Below, one piece after another: positions 18,712 through 26,405 of a DNA stretch of 32,000 bases. Under the pieces are notes generated by a model. The model made no database searches, was not told the DNA's origin, and saw only the letters and a list, made by a program, of their open reading frames with translations. Made by a program: the position numbers and the translations under genes. Within the stretch, counting starts at the first letter, position 1. Each line of letters begins with the position of its first letter. The stretch lies in contig NZ_CP042905.2 of assembly GCF_008000775.2 (NCBI RefSeq), positions 4,260,001 to 4,292,000 of the forward strand, given 5' to 3'. This DNA is from Promethearchaeum syntrophicum (GTDB lineage Archaea; Asgardarchaeota; Lokiarchaeia; Sigyniarchaeales; Promethearchaeaceae).

Positions 18712-20337
18712 TTAGAATTCGTGCAAATCCGTAAAAATAGGGGTTAAACTCTTTAAAAATTGAAGGGAATTTTGCTTTTTCACTCTTTTATAAAGAGGAT
18801 TCTCTGGGAAAACTAAGAAATTTTGATTTTTTCTAAATAATTGTATAATATTTACTAATTTTCTTCCCGAAAACCGATTAAGTTGATGGAAATCGATTAA
18901 TAAAATTTTAAACAATTTAGAAATCATACCATCACTAACCCAAACTATGGAAGATACAAAGGTTATTTTATCAGAAAATTCAGTTCTAATTTGTGAAAGA
19001 ATAGACTTTTTGTTATTTTCCCCTTTAGAACGCTCGAGATTATTGTTTTTTATAGACCCAATAATATTTTGAAGTTTCTCATCAAGAATATATTCTATTT
19101 TTTTTATCACACCATCATTCATTGAAACATTAAAACCATAAATTTTATCCATTTTTTGAGTGTCCACTAAATTTGGAAGTTTTTTCCCTGTTAATAATAA
19201 AATATCTCCACTAAGATTAAAAAACATACATAATATCGAGTGTAGGAGTGTAGGAATTGACCAAAATGACAATTTTCGAGGATTGATATAAAAACCCAGA
19301 AAATAAATCCAAAATCTAATATTATTGTTATATATATAGGGTTTAGGAGACATATTCCATGGATTTCCAATATTCCTATAAAAATTCAAAAATTTTTCCT
19401 CAATTAGAATAAGTCTATCTTTTTGGATAGGAAATTGTGACTGAATCACCTCAAATATTAGCTCTTTTATATCTTTTAATTGGAAGATAAAATTAAGCTT
19501 AGTATTGCAATCTTTTTTCAAAAATTTAAGAATAGTTTCCTCTGTATTATTTGAACTGATTTTTGAAAAGATATGATCAGGTACTGGGTTGAATTGAATT
19601 GAAATCCTCGATTGAGAGATATTTATGAAATAAGGAAGAAATGCAGAATCTTCTTTTAGTCTAAAGGTAACAGTCATTTTAGATTTTGGTAAATATCTTC
19701 TAAAAGCTTTCATGAGATCAAAATAGGAAAAATTTCCAAAATAATCATGAAAATTGGAGAGAAAATCGAATACTGGGGAGGGAGGATAGCATAATAATAA
19801 TTGCTGATTTCGATTTTTAACAATTACATCTAAATATTCCCCAATCATCTTTAAAAAACCTCTATTAACACCATTTTTAAAATATTTCTCATGAATTGAG
19901 ACAAAATCGTTTATAGCTGCTAAGGGAATTATTCTTAAGTTTCCAATATCAACGCTATATGTCTTTTTTACCCAAACTCGAAGGATATTGTAGATTTCAT
20001 TCACATTTTTTAAATTGGTAGAGAAATTAGGTAATGTATCAACTTCAATCTTTTTTGTTTCTATGTACATGCCATCTTTATTTGATTTATGAAGGGTACA
20101 ATTACGTATTTCATCATTATCATCAACTATTAATTCAATTGAATTTGAATTAGAGTTCATTAATATCGGATATAATTCTAACCAAAGAAAATAAAAGGTT
20201 TTGATATCAATATCTAAAGATAATAAAGGAATTCTCGCTCCAAGGTTTAAGAATTTTTTATTAATCGTATAACCGTGGGCTCCACTTAATATTCGATTCC
20301 AATTATTCGAAGTTTCTTTTATTAGAGAATTATCCAT
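18712..20337 (-). CDS. Hypothetical protein, no recognisable domain (last gene of the radical SAM operon)
   Basis: 541-aa uninterrupted ORF. Its ATG lies inside the last codons of the upstream gene (8-nt overlap). No TM segment, signal peptide, P-loop or Cys-cluster motif seen. Confidence 0.65.
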   Translation of the reverse strand: MDNSLIKETSNNWNRILSGAHGYTINKKFLNLGARIPLLSLDIDIKTFYFLWLELYPILMNSNSNSIELIVDDNDEIRNCTLHKSNKDGMYIETKKIEVDTLPNFSTNLKNVNEIYNILRVWVKKTYSVDIGNLRIIPLAAINDFVSIHEKYFKNGVNRGFLKMIGEYLDVIVKNRNQQLLLCYPPSPVFDFLSNFHDYFGNFSYFDLMKAFRRYLPKSKMTVTFRLKEDSAFLPYFINISQSRISIQFNPVPDHIFSKISSNNTEETILKFLKKDCNTKLNFIFQLKDIKELIFEVIQSQFPIQKDRLILIEEKFLNFYRNIGNPWNMSPKPYIYNNNIRFWIYFLGFYINPRKLSFWSIPTLLHSILCMFFNLSGDILLLTGKKLPNLVDTQKMDKIYGFNVSMNDGVIKKIEYILDEKLQNIIGSIKNNNLERSKGENNKKSILSQIRTEFSDKITFVSSIVWVSDGMISKLFKILLIDFHQLNRFSGRKLVNIIQLFRKNQNFLVFPENPLYKRVKKQNSLQFLKSLTPIFTDLHEF

Positions 20338-22111
20338 TTACATCCCCCTCAATATATTTTTTCTTTATCCTCTTTACATTCTTTTTATAATTAAGGTCAA
20401 GTCGGTTCAAATTCCTTTTTAATTCATTATTAATTGTCTTAAGTTCCATTTGGTTTTTTGATTTTAATGGTTTATTTTTTTCTTTCTCTCGTTTCTTTAA
20501 TTTTTTCTTTGAATCACTTATGTTTGCTTTTATTTTTCTTTTATTATATTTCGGGAATGCATAAAATTCACGGGATATCTGAATAAAAAGGTTTAATGTT
20601 GAAATTTGTTTATTCTTCCAAAAATGGGATAGAGAAATGAGAGGATCCCATCCAAGAGGGGGATTACCAGGAATTTCCAATACCCTTTCGTTAAAGGCTA
20701 CATCTAATATTTTATTTTGAATAGATTGTTTTTTGTGTTTTGCAATTATATTTGTCCTCATTTTCTCAATTTGGTATTGATATTTATTGATTTTTAATTC
20801 CATTTTCATTTGCAATTTAACTTTGGTGGCTTCTTTGTCACTTTTAGCTGCTTCATCAGAAGTTTGCACAATATTATTTAGTGTATCTATTAATCCACTA
20901 TATTTTTTTCTAGTTTTTTCAACTTTTTGACGAGTTTTTCTTTGCTGAATTAAGATGGCTTTCTCCAACTCATCACCTTCTAAAGTCTCACCAACACCGA
21001 ATTCAAATCCCATTAAATTGATCAATTCAAAGATTTTCCCAGATATATTTCTAAATTTATATTTTTTTGTGGATTTAATTGCGGAGTCTCCAAAAACTAT
21101 TATATCACAATTAATCTCAGGATCTGGAGGATTAGTACCTGCTAAAATTGCCCAATTTCCAAAATTTGAGGCATCTTTTAGAAAAAGATTTTTAATCATG
21201 AAAAGAAATTGCAATAGAGCATATCGTTCACTGCTATTCAAATCTCCAGTATACACAGTTAATCCTTCTATATTTATATTAGTTGGTTCTATTTCAGAGA
21301 ATTTAATTAAAGGATTGTCCATTTGCATTTGAGATATTAAATTTATTGAATTTCTATCAATCAGGTTAAGTTCAGAAGCTTTTCTTAGAAATAAGTTCAG
21401 GGCTGGATCCAATCCAAAATGTTCATATGTAATCCAATCAACAGCCATAATGTTATTCGATATAATTATATTATTTGTTTTTACACATTTTGTAGTATTC
21501 CATGCAATTGGACCATTTCCTGTTAGAAGATAATAACTATCATTGATATATAAAGTTGGGATTTTTCGCTCAAGAAATTCAAAAACATGTTGAACTCTTT
21601 CTTCTCCAAAAATAGCATTATAATTCAATATATCATTCCATCTTTTCTTAGGAGATTTAATATTCCACAACATGAAGGAAGAACATGTCAATTTCCATAA
21701 TGGATCTGTTCTTATCTGTGATAAACATATAATTTTTGTGACTTCTTCTATAACAGGTGCAGAAAATTTGTAGAGTTCTTCGTATGTAATTGATGTAGCA
21801 CCATAATTTTGAATTAAATCTTCCAAACCTAAGGATTTCAAAGCTTTTTTTTGGTCTATCCCCCACATTACACCTGGTAAAATTTGAATTTTGGAAACAC
21901 CGATTATTTTGATGTTGTTAAGTAAACAATCTAATGTTTCTTGATTGATTGAGGAAGGACATGTAAAAGGACAATGAAGATCGATTAAAATAAGAACAGC
22001 ATCTTCTTTAGAAATAAATTTTGATAAACCTCCTAGAAGATTAAGTCCATTATTTAACGTCTCAGTTGGATTATTTCCTTCTGCAATTGCGACCGTATTA
22101 TTCATTCTCAC
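20330..22111 (-). CDS. Hypothetical protein: N-terminal DUF362-like region, a second unknown globular region, and a long Lys-rich coiled-coil-like C-terminus
   Basis: 593 aa. VAIAEG..LNLLGGLSKFISKEDAVLILIDLH, LTGNGPIAW and IIISNNIMAVDWITYEHFGLDP resemble the DUF362 pattern from memory. The last ~200 aa are Lys/Glu/Asn-rich with heptad-like character. The track start is GTG 22111; ATG 22105 is plausible. Confidence 0.65.
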   Translation of the reverse strand: MRMNNTVAIAEGNNPTETLNNGLNLLGGLSKFISKEDAVLILIDLHCPFTCPSSINQETLDCLLNNIKIIGVSKIQILPGVMWGIDQKKALKSLGLEDLIQNYGATSITYEELYKFSAPVIEEVTKIICLSQIRTDPLWKLTCSSFMLWNIKSPKKRWNDILNYNAIFGEERVQHVFEFLERKIPTLYINDSYYLLTGNGPIAWNTTKCVKTNNIIISNNIMAVDWITYEHFGLDPALNLFLRKASELNLIDRNSINLISQMQMDNPLIKFSEIEPTNINIEGLTVYTGDLNSSERYALLQFLFMIKNLFLKDASNFGNWAILAGTNPPDPEINCDIIVFGDSAIKSTKKYKFRNISGKIFELINLMGFEFGVGETLEGDELEKAILIQQRKTRQKVEKTRKKYSGLIDTLNNIVQTSDEAAKSDKEATKVKLQMKMELKINKYQYQIEKMRTNIIAKHKKQSIQNKILDVAFNERVLEIPGNPPLGWDPLISLSHFWKNKQISTLNLFIQISREFYAFPKYNKRKIKANISDSKKKLKKREKEKNKPLKSKNQMELKTINNELKRNLNRLDLNYKKNVKRIKKKYIEGDVNG

Positions 22112-22140
22112 TTTAAAATTAGATTTTGATGGTTAATAAC

Positions 22141-23445
22141 TTATTTTTTTGAATATCGAGTTTTCACCTTTCCAGCTTGTGATAGATGCTCACCATATGC
22201 TTTACCTATTTTGCTTAATTTCCCGATTATTTTTAAAATTGATGGATCTAAGATACCTTTAGGTTCATTTGAGAATGGTGTTCCAGGTAAAGGCATGAAT
22301 GTATGAGTATGAATTTTAACGTTTTTATATTTCCCTTCCAGAATTTCATTGAAAAAATTAAGGTTTTCTTTGATATCTTCTTTATTCTCTCCTGGAAATC
22401 CAAATATAAAATCTAACTCTATATTGAATTTAAATTCATTTAGCAATAAAATCGCCTTTTTAACTTGTTCAAATGTATGCCCCCGTTGAACACTGCGCAA
22501 TAATCGATTTGATGCCGATTGAGCACCGATTAAAATCTTTTTATTTGAAAGAAAGGGGGCAACGGTTTCTAAAACTTCATAAGTAACTGATTCTGGACGA
22601 ACTTCACTTGGAAATGTTCCAAAATAGATTCCCTTAATTGCGGGAATTGCATGAATTTGGGAAAGTAAATCAAAAAGAGCGTTTATATCTGGTGTAACCC
22701 CATTTCTTGAACCGTACCCAAAAGAATTTGGGGATAAAAACCAAACCTTATCAAATTTTATTTCACTGGCCATTCTCACCCATTTTACTATATTCTCAAC
22801 TGAAGCATGGCGCATTTTATTTGCACGATTACCTGTTTGACAAAATTTACACCGAAAGGGACAGCCTCTTGAGATTTCAATAGGTCCAAATAACCGAAAT
22901 TTTGCAGAAAATGGAGGATATTTGCCAACCTCTATTAATTTTGGTTGATTAGCGGGAATATAAATGGGAAATCCTCTTGATAGTCCAGAAATTAATTGTG
23001 TTTCAATCTTCTCCTTTGAAGTTCCTATAAGAACATGAAGAAGTTGAGAAAACGCATATTCTCCTTCATCAGGAATTATAAAATCTATTTTAAATCTTGC
23101 AAAATCTTCAGGAGATGCTGCAACATGAGAACCACCTACGATGGTTATTATTTTTGGATGGAATTTATTAAAAAAATTGTTGTGATTTATATTAAATTCT
23201 TCAAATTGCGGTATTTGAACTGAAAGGAGCGAATATGCTAAAATAACATAATCATATTTCTTGAAATCTATTTTCTCAAAATAGGCTTGATGAAGATGAG
23301 ATTTGTATAAATGAAATGGTAATGGATGGAAAGAATATTGATCCATAAGAACAGGATCAGATTCTAGATAACCCATCAAAATGCTCCATGTATACCGATT
23401 TGGTTTATCATACCCAAATAAAACTAAGGCTTTTGGCATTATCAA
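22141..23445 (-). CDS. Radical SAM enzyme with an N-terminal B12-binding-type (Rossmann-like) domain (class B-like)
   Basis: 434 aa. EISRGCPFRCKFCQTG (CxxxCxxC), preceded by a ~190-aa alpha/beta region (YDYVILAY, IVGGSHVAASPED, IIPDEGE) like the cobalamin-binding domain of class B radical SAM proteins. The track start is TTG 23445; ATG 23439 (MPKALVLF) is more likely. Confidence 0.85.
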   Translation of the reverse strand: MIMPKALVLFGYDKPNRYTWSILMGYLESDPVLMDQYSFHPLPFHLYKSHLHQAYFEKIDFKKYDYVILAYSLLSVQIPQFEEFNINHNNFFNKFHPKIITIVGGSHVAASPEDFARFKIDFIIPDEGEYAFSQLLHVLIGTSKEKIETQLISGLSRGFPIYIPANQPKLIEVGKYPPFSAKFRLFGPIEISRGCPFRCKFCQTGNRANKMRHASVENIVKWVRMASEIKFDKVWFLSPNSFGYGSRNGVTPDINALFDLLSQIHAIPAIKGIYFGTFPSEVRPESVTYEVLETVAPFLSNKKILIGAQSASNRLLRSVQRGHTFEQVKKAILLLNEFKFNIELDFIFGFPGENKEDIKENLNFFNEILEGKYKNVKIHTHTFMPLPGTPFSNEPKGILDPSILKIIGKLSKIGKAYGEHLSQAGKVKTRYSKK

Positions 23446-23966
23446 TTAGTTATTTCTTTAACTGAATTAATTTTTCGATTTATGAAATATTCAATAAAAT
23501 TCCTGTATTCAATTAGAGAATCAAAATTATTGAACTTGACGATAATTTTAACACTATTTTTTCGATAAATTTCAATATCTTTAATATTTAAGCTAGTAAA
23601 ATGCAGAATTAAGTGATCTACTAAATCATTTGAATGCTCAGAGATCAGTGAAAAAAAAATTTCTAAACCACTTTTAGGAAAAGATTGGACTGATAGATCA
23701 GAAGAAACTTGAAAATAATTTTCCTCACGTTTTTCAAAATTTTGTTTAATCAAATTCATTTTATCTTCAAAGCAAACGGGAAGAAATTCTAAAAATCCTT
23801 TATAACTTTTAAAAACAATTATTAACCCATTTTCAATCGATTCAATATAAAGTTTAGAGATTGGCTGTTTTTCAAAGCAATAATTCAAGAGACTATTATA
23901 TTTAATGAAATTCTTAAATATTGATTTGTATTTTATTGAGGATGTTATCCGTAATATTATTTTCAT
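23442..23966 (-). CDS. Hypothetical 174-aa protein (first gene of the radical SAM operon)
   Basis: ORF with ATG start. Its TGA stop (23442-23444) abuts or overlaps the radical SAM start. No recognisable motif. Confidence 0.55.
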   Translation of the reverse strand: MKIILRITSSIKYKSIFKNFIKYNSLLNYCFEKQPISKLYIESIENGLIIVFKSYKGFLEFLPVCFEDKMNLIKQNFEKREENYFQVSSDLSVQSFPKSGLEIFFSLISEHSNDLVDHLILHFTSLNIKDIEIYRKNSVKIIVKFNNFDSLIEYRNFIEYFINRKINSVKEITN

Positions 23967-24072
23967 GTGGTAATGAACAAATCCTAATTCATTCCTAAAT
24001 TTCTTTTGATAATATCTATTTTGAAAACAAATGCTTTTTAATTCATCCGAACAAGTTTAAAACTGAGTTATA

Positions 24073-24468
24073 ATGGCAAAACTTGATCTGGTGATTCTTA
24101 AAAAAAAATTTGCAATATGTCAACTTTCTCCAAAGGATTCGATACCAGATCCCTCAAATCTTGGTGATTTCTGGTCAATCACAAAAACTGATGATGAAAT
24201 TTCACTAATTGTCCCAGAAAATAAAATTCCTCATGTTAATTGCAAAACAGAAAAAAGTTGGCGAGCAATTAAGATAATTGGTCCATTATATTTCAGCTTA
24301 ACTGGAATAATTGCTACATTATCAACCGCACTTGCAAAAGCAGGAATTAGTATTTTTGCTTTTTCTACATATAATACTGATTATGTTTTGGTTAAAGAGA
24401 AAAATGTTGAACAATCAATAGAAGTTCTTGAAAAAAGTGGACACAAAATAATTGAATTACACCAATGA
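24073..24468 (+). CDS. ACT-domain (ACT_7/CASTOR-type) small-molecule-binding protein
   Basis: 131 aa. FAICQL...WSITKTDDEISLIV...IGPLYFSLTGIIATLSTALAKAGISIFAFSTYNTDYVLVKE matches the stand-alone ACT_7 family pattern as I remember it. Confidence 0.7.
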   Translation: MAKLDLVILKKKFAICQLSPKDSIPDPSNLGDFWSITKTDDEISLIVPENKIPHVNCKTEKSWRAIKIIGPLYFSLTGIIATLSTALAKAGISIFAFSTYNTDYVLVKEKNVEQSIEVLEKSGHKIIELHQ

Positions 24469-24675
24469 TGAATCAATTGAGCCATCAGGCAACAAATTAT
24501 CGGGATGAGACACCCCTGCTTCTTCTTTTTGATATCTAATGCAATTTGTATTCCCAATTAAACAATAATTATCAACCCAGTAGGAATCCAATTTCTTTTC
24601 ATCAGTAAAATATTTTATTGGACAGCAATAATACCATTTACAAATTCTATAATTAGGGGTCATTTTATATTTCAT
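24457..24675 (-). CDS. Small Cys-rich protein (72 aa), probable metal-binding, translationally coupled to the aminotransferase
   Basis: Five Cys in CKWYYCCP...YCLIGNTNC. 4-nt start/stop overlap with the upstream aminotransferase gene. Its 3' end overlaps the convergent ACT gene by 12 nt. Confidence 0.5.
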   Translation of the reverse strand: MKYKMTPNYRICKWYYCCPIKYFTDEKKLDSYWVDNYCLIGNTNCIRYQKEEAGVSHPDNLLPDGSIDSSLV

Positions 24676-25835
24676 GTTAGAGATCTTTTCTTTAAAAAGC
24701 GTTCTATTCGATTAAAGCCTTCTTCTAATAGTTCATCTGAGGTTGCATATGAAATCCTAAGCGAATAATCAGAATATGACCCAAATCCATTTCCAGGAAC
24801 ACAGGCAACGTGTTCTTCCTTAACTAGATCATTGGAAAACACTTCACTTGTCATATTCCAATTAGGATTTAACCTTGGCATGATGTAAAATGCCCCATAA
24901 GGTTCTACAACATCGAATTGTAACTCTTTTAAGCGTTTTAAGGTAAATTTTCTTTTTTTATCATAATTCTGGAGAATTTGAGGTATATCAGGGTTTCCTT
25001 TTGTTAATGCTTCTATTGCACCATACTGAGTAGGATGATTTACTCCTGCAGCTGTATATTGACCATATTTTTCCATTAATTCAATTATTTCTTTATTGGC
25101 CGCTACATATCCAAGACGAAGCCCAGTAGCACCAAATGTTTTACTTAGTGCATTTAAAGTGAGTGTTCTGTCCATCATTTCATCATAAGAACCAGGACTT
25201 ATATGAATGTGATCGTTATAAAGAAAATTTTCATAAACTTCATCGCTCACTAAGTACAGATCATTTTCAAGCACAATTTGGACCAATTCATCCATTTGTT
25301 TTTTTGAATAGACATACCCAGTTGGATTATTTGGTGAATTAATCATTATAAACTTTGTTTTGGGAGTAATAGCTTTACGAATTGCATCCAAGTTTGGACC
25401 ATAATTCTCCAATCTTGGAACTTCGACCAATTTAAGATGATAATAACTTGCTAGATAAATATATGAAAGAAAATTTGGGCTTGACATTATCATTTCATCA
25501 CCAGGATTGCTCAATACTGCAAAAGATAACTGCAGGGCTTGACTTCCTCCATTGGTAATCATAATATTTTCATTTTCTACCCCTTTCATATTATTTTCCT
25601 TCTGAAATTTCTGGGCAACAACTCTCCTTAATGTGGGTAACCCTAAAGCAGGAGCATATTGAGTCTTATGCTCATTTAATGCCTTAATTATTTCTTTATT
25701 TACGAAATCAGGGCTTGTAAAATCCGGTTGACCGATACCAAATGATATCCCATCAGAGCTTTGTAATAATAATTCAAATAATTTTCTAATTGCACTTTTT
25801 TGGGAATTGAGAATTGCATCTGAAAGTTGTTTCAT
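24672..25835 (-). CDS. Class I/II PLP-dependent aminotransferase (aspartate/aromatic aminotransferase-like)
   Basis: 387 aa. INSPNNPTGY and PLP-lysine context LSKTFGATGLRLGY. Confidence 0.9.
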   Translation of the reverse strand: MKQLSDAILNSQKSAIRKLFELLLQSSDGISFGIGQPDFTSPDFVNKEIIKALNEHKTQYAPALGLPTLRRVVAQKFQKENNMKGVENENIMITNGGSQALQLSFAVLSNPGDEMIMSSPNFLSYIYLASYYHLKLVEVPRLENYGPNLDAIRKAITPKTKFIMINSPNNPTGYVYSKKQMDELVQIVLENDLYLVSDEVYENFLYNDHIHISPGSYDEMMDRTLTLNALSKTFGATGLRLGYVAANKEIIELMEKYGQYTAAGVNHPTQYGAIEALTKGNPDIPQILQNYDKKRKFTLKRLKELQFDVVEPYGAFYIMPRLNPNWNMTSEVFSNDLVKEEHVACVPGNGFGSYSDYSLRISYATSDELLEEGFNRIERFLKKRSLT

Positions 25836-26039
25836 TATGATTTTTCCTCTTGATTAAGTTTTAGGTAAATTAGTAATAAATTTTACAATTGTGGGAAAAT
25901 CGTGGGCCAATTTTAAAATAACAGAATCTCTTCTTCCATCAAAATTTTTTTTTTAATTGTTAAATCGACGCCTTTTTATATCTGAATTTAGTTAATCTAT
26001 AAGGACATTTTTATAGAGAAAAAATAGGGGAAAAAAAAC

Positions 26040-26264
26040 ATGAAGAGAATATTTTGGGGGTTTATCATTATAGGAATTATTTTGAGCATTGCTTCAATTT
26101 TCCTTGCAGAAAGTCAACCTTTATTAGTGGTGGGTTTCTTTGGATTATATTTACTTGCAATGTGGGCGACTTTTACATATTTGTTTGACAATATTAAAGT
26201 TAAACGTGAACTACCGGAATTACTACCGGAATTACTTAATCAAAAAAACATTATTGCGAAGTAG
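26040..26264 (+). CDS. Small 2-TM membrane protein (74 aa) upstream of the P-type ATPase
   Basis: ATG preceded by AGGGG. Two hydrophobic helices (IFWGFIIIGIILSIASIFL, LLVVGFFGLYLLAMWATFTYL) and a charged tail with ELPELLPELL. Confidence 0.5.
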   Translation: MKRIFWGFIIIGIILSIASIFLAESQPLLVVGFFGLYLLAMWATFTYLFDNIKVKRELPELLPELLNQKNIIAK

Positions 26265-26405
26265 GAATTCCTTTTTTTCATTTCATAAACCAATCAGTTC
26301 AAATCTGTATTTTACTCTTCTACAATCTAATTTCTAAGTATAGTATATATTTAATACGAAAGATTTAAATTTTTAAAATTCAAAATTAAATTTCATATAA
26401 ATTAA

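Noticed and set aside
26140-26337. 65-aa ORF overlapping the 3' half of the 26040-26264 small membrane protein gene
   Set aside because: It is in an alternative frame with no hydrophobic segments or RBS. The 26040 ORF has an AGGGG RBS-like element and a clean 2-TM profile.
26358-26367. GAAAGATTTA upstream of the ATPase start matches the right arm of the cassette palindrome plus flank; considered as evidence of co-regulation of pump and micro-protein genes
   Set aside because: Near-identical strings also occur by chance inside coding DNA (for example GAAAGATTTG at 3853-3862 and AAAGATTT at 5105-5112). The left arm of the palindrome is absent here. It may simply be a purine-rich BRE-like element next to an AT-rich TATA region.
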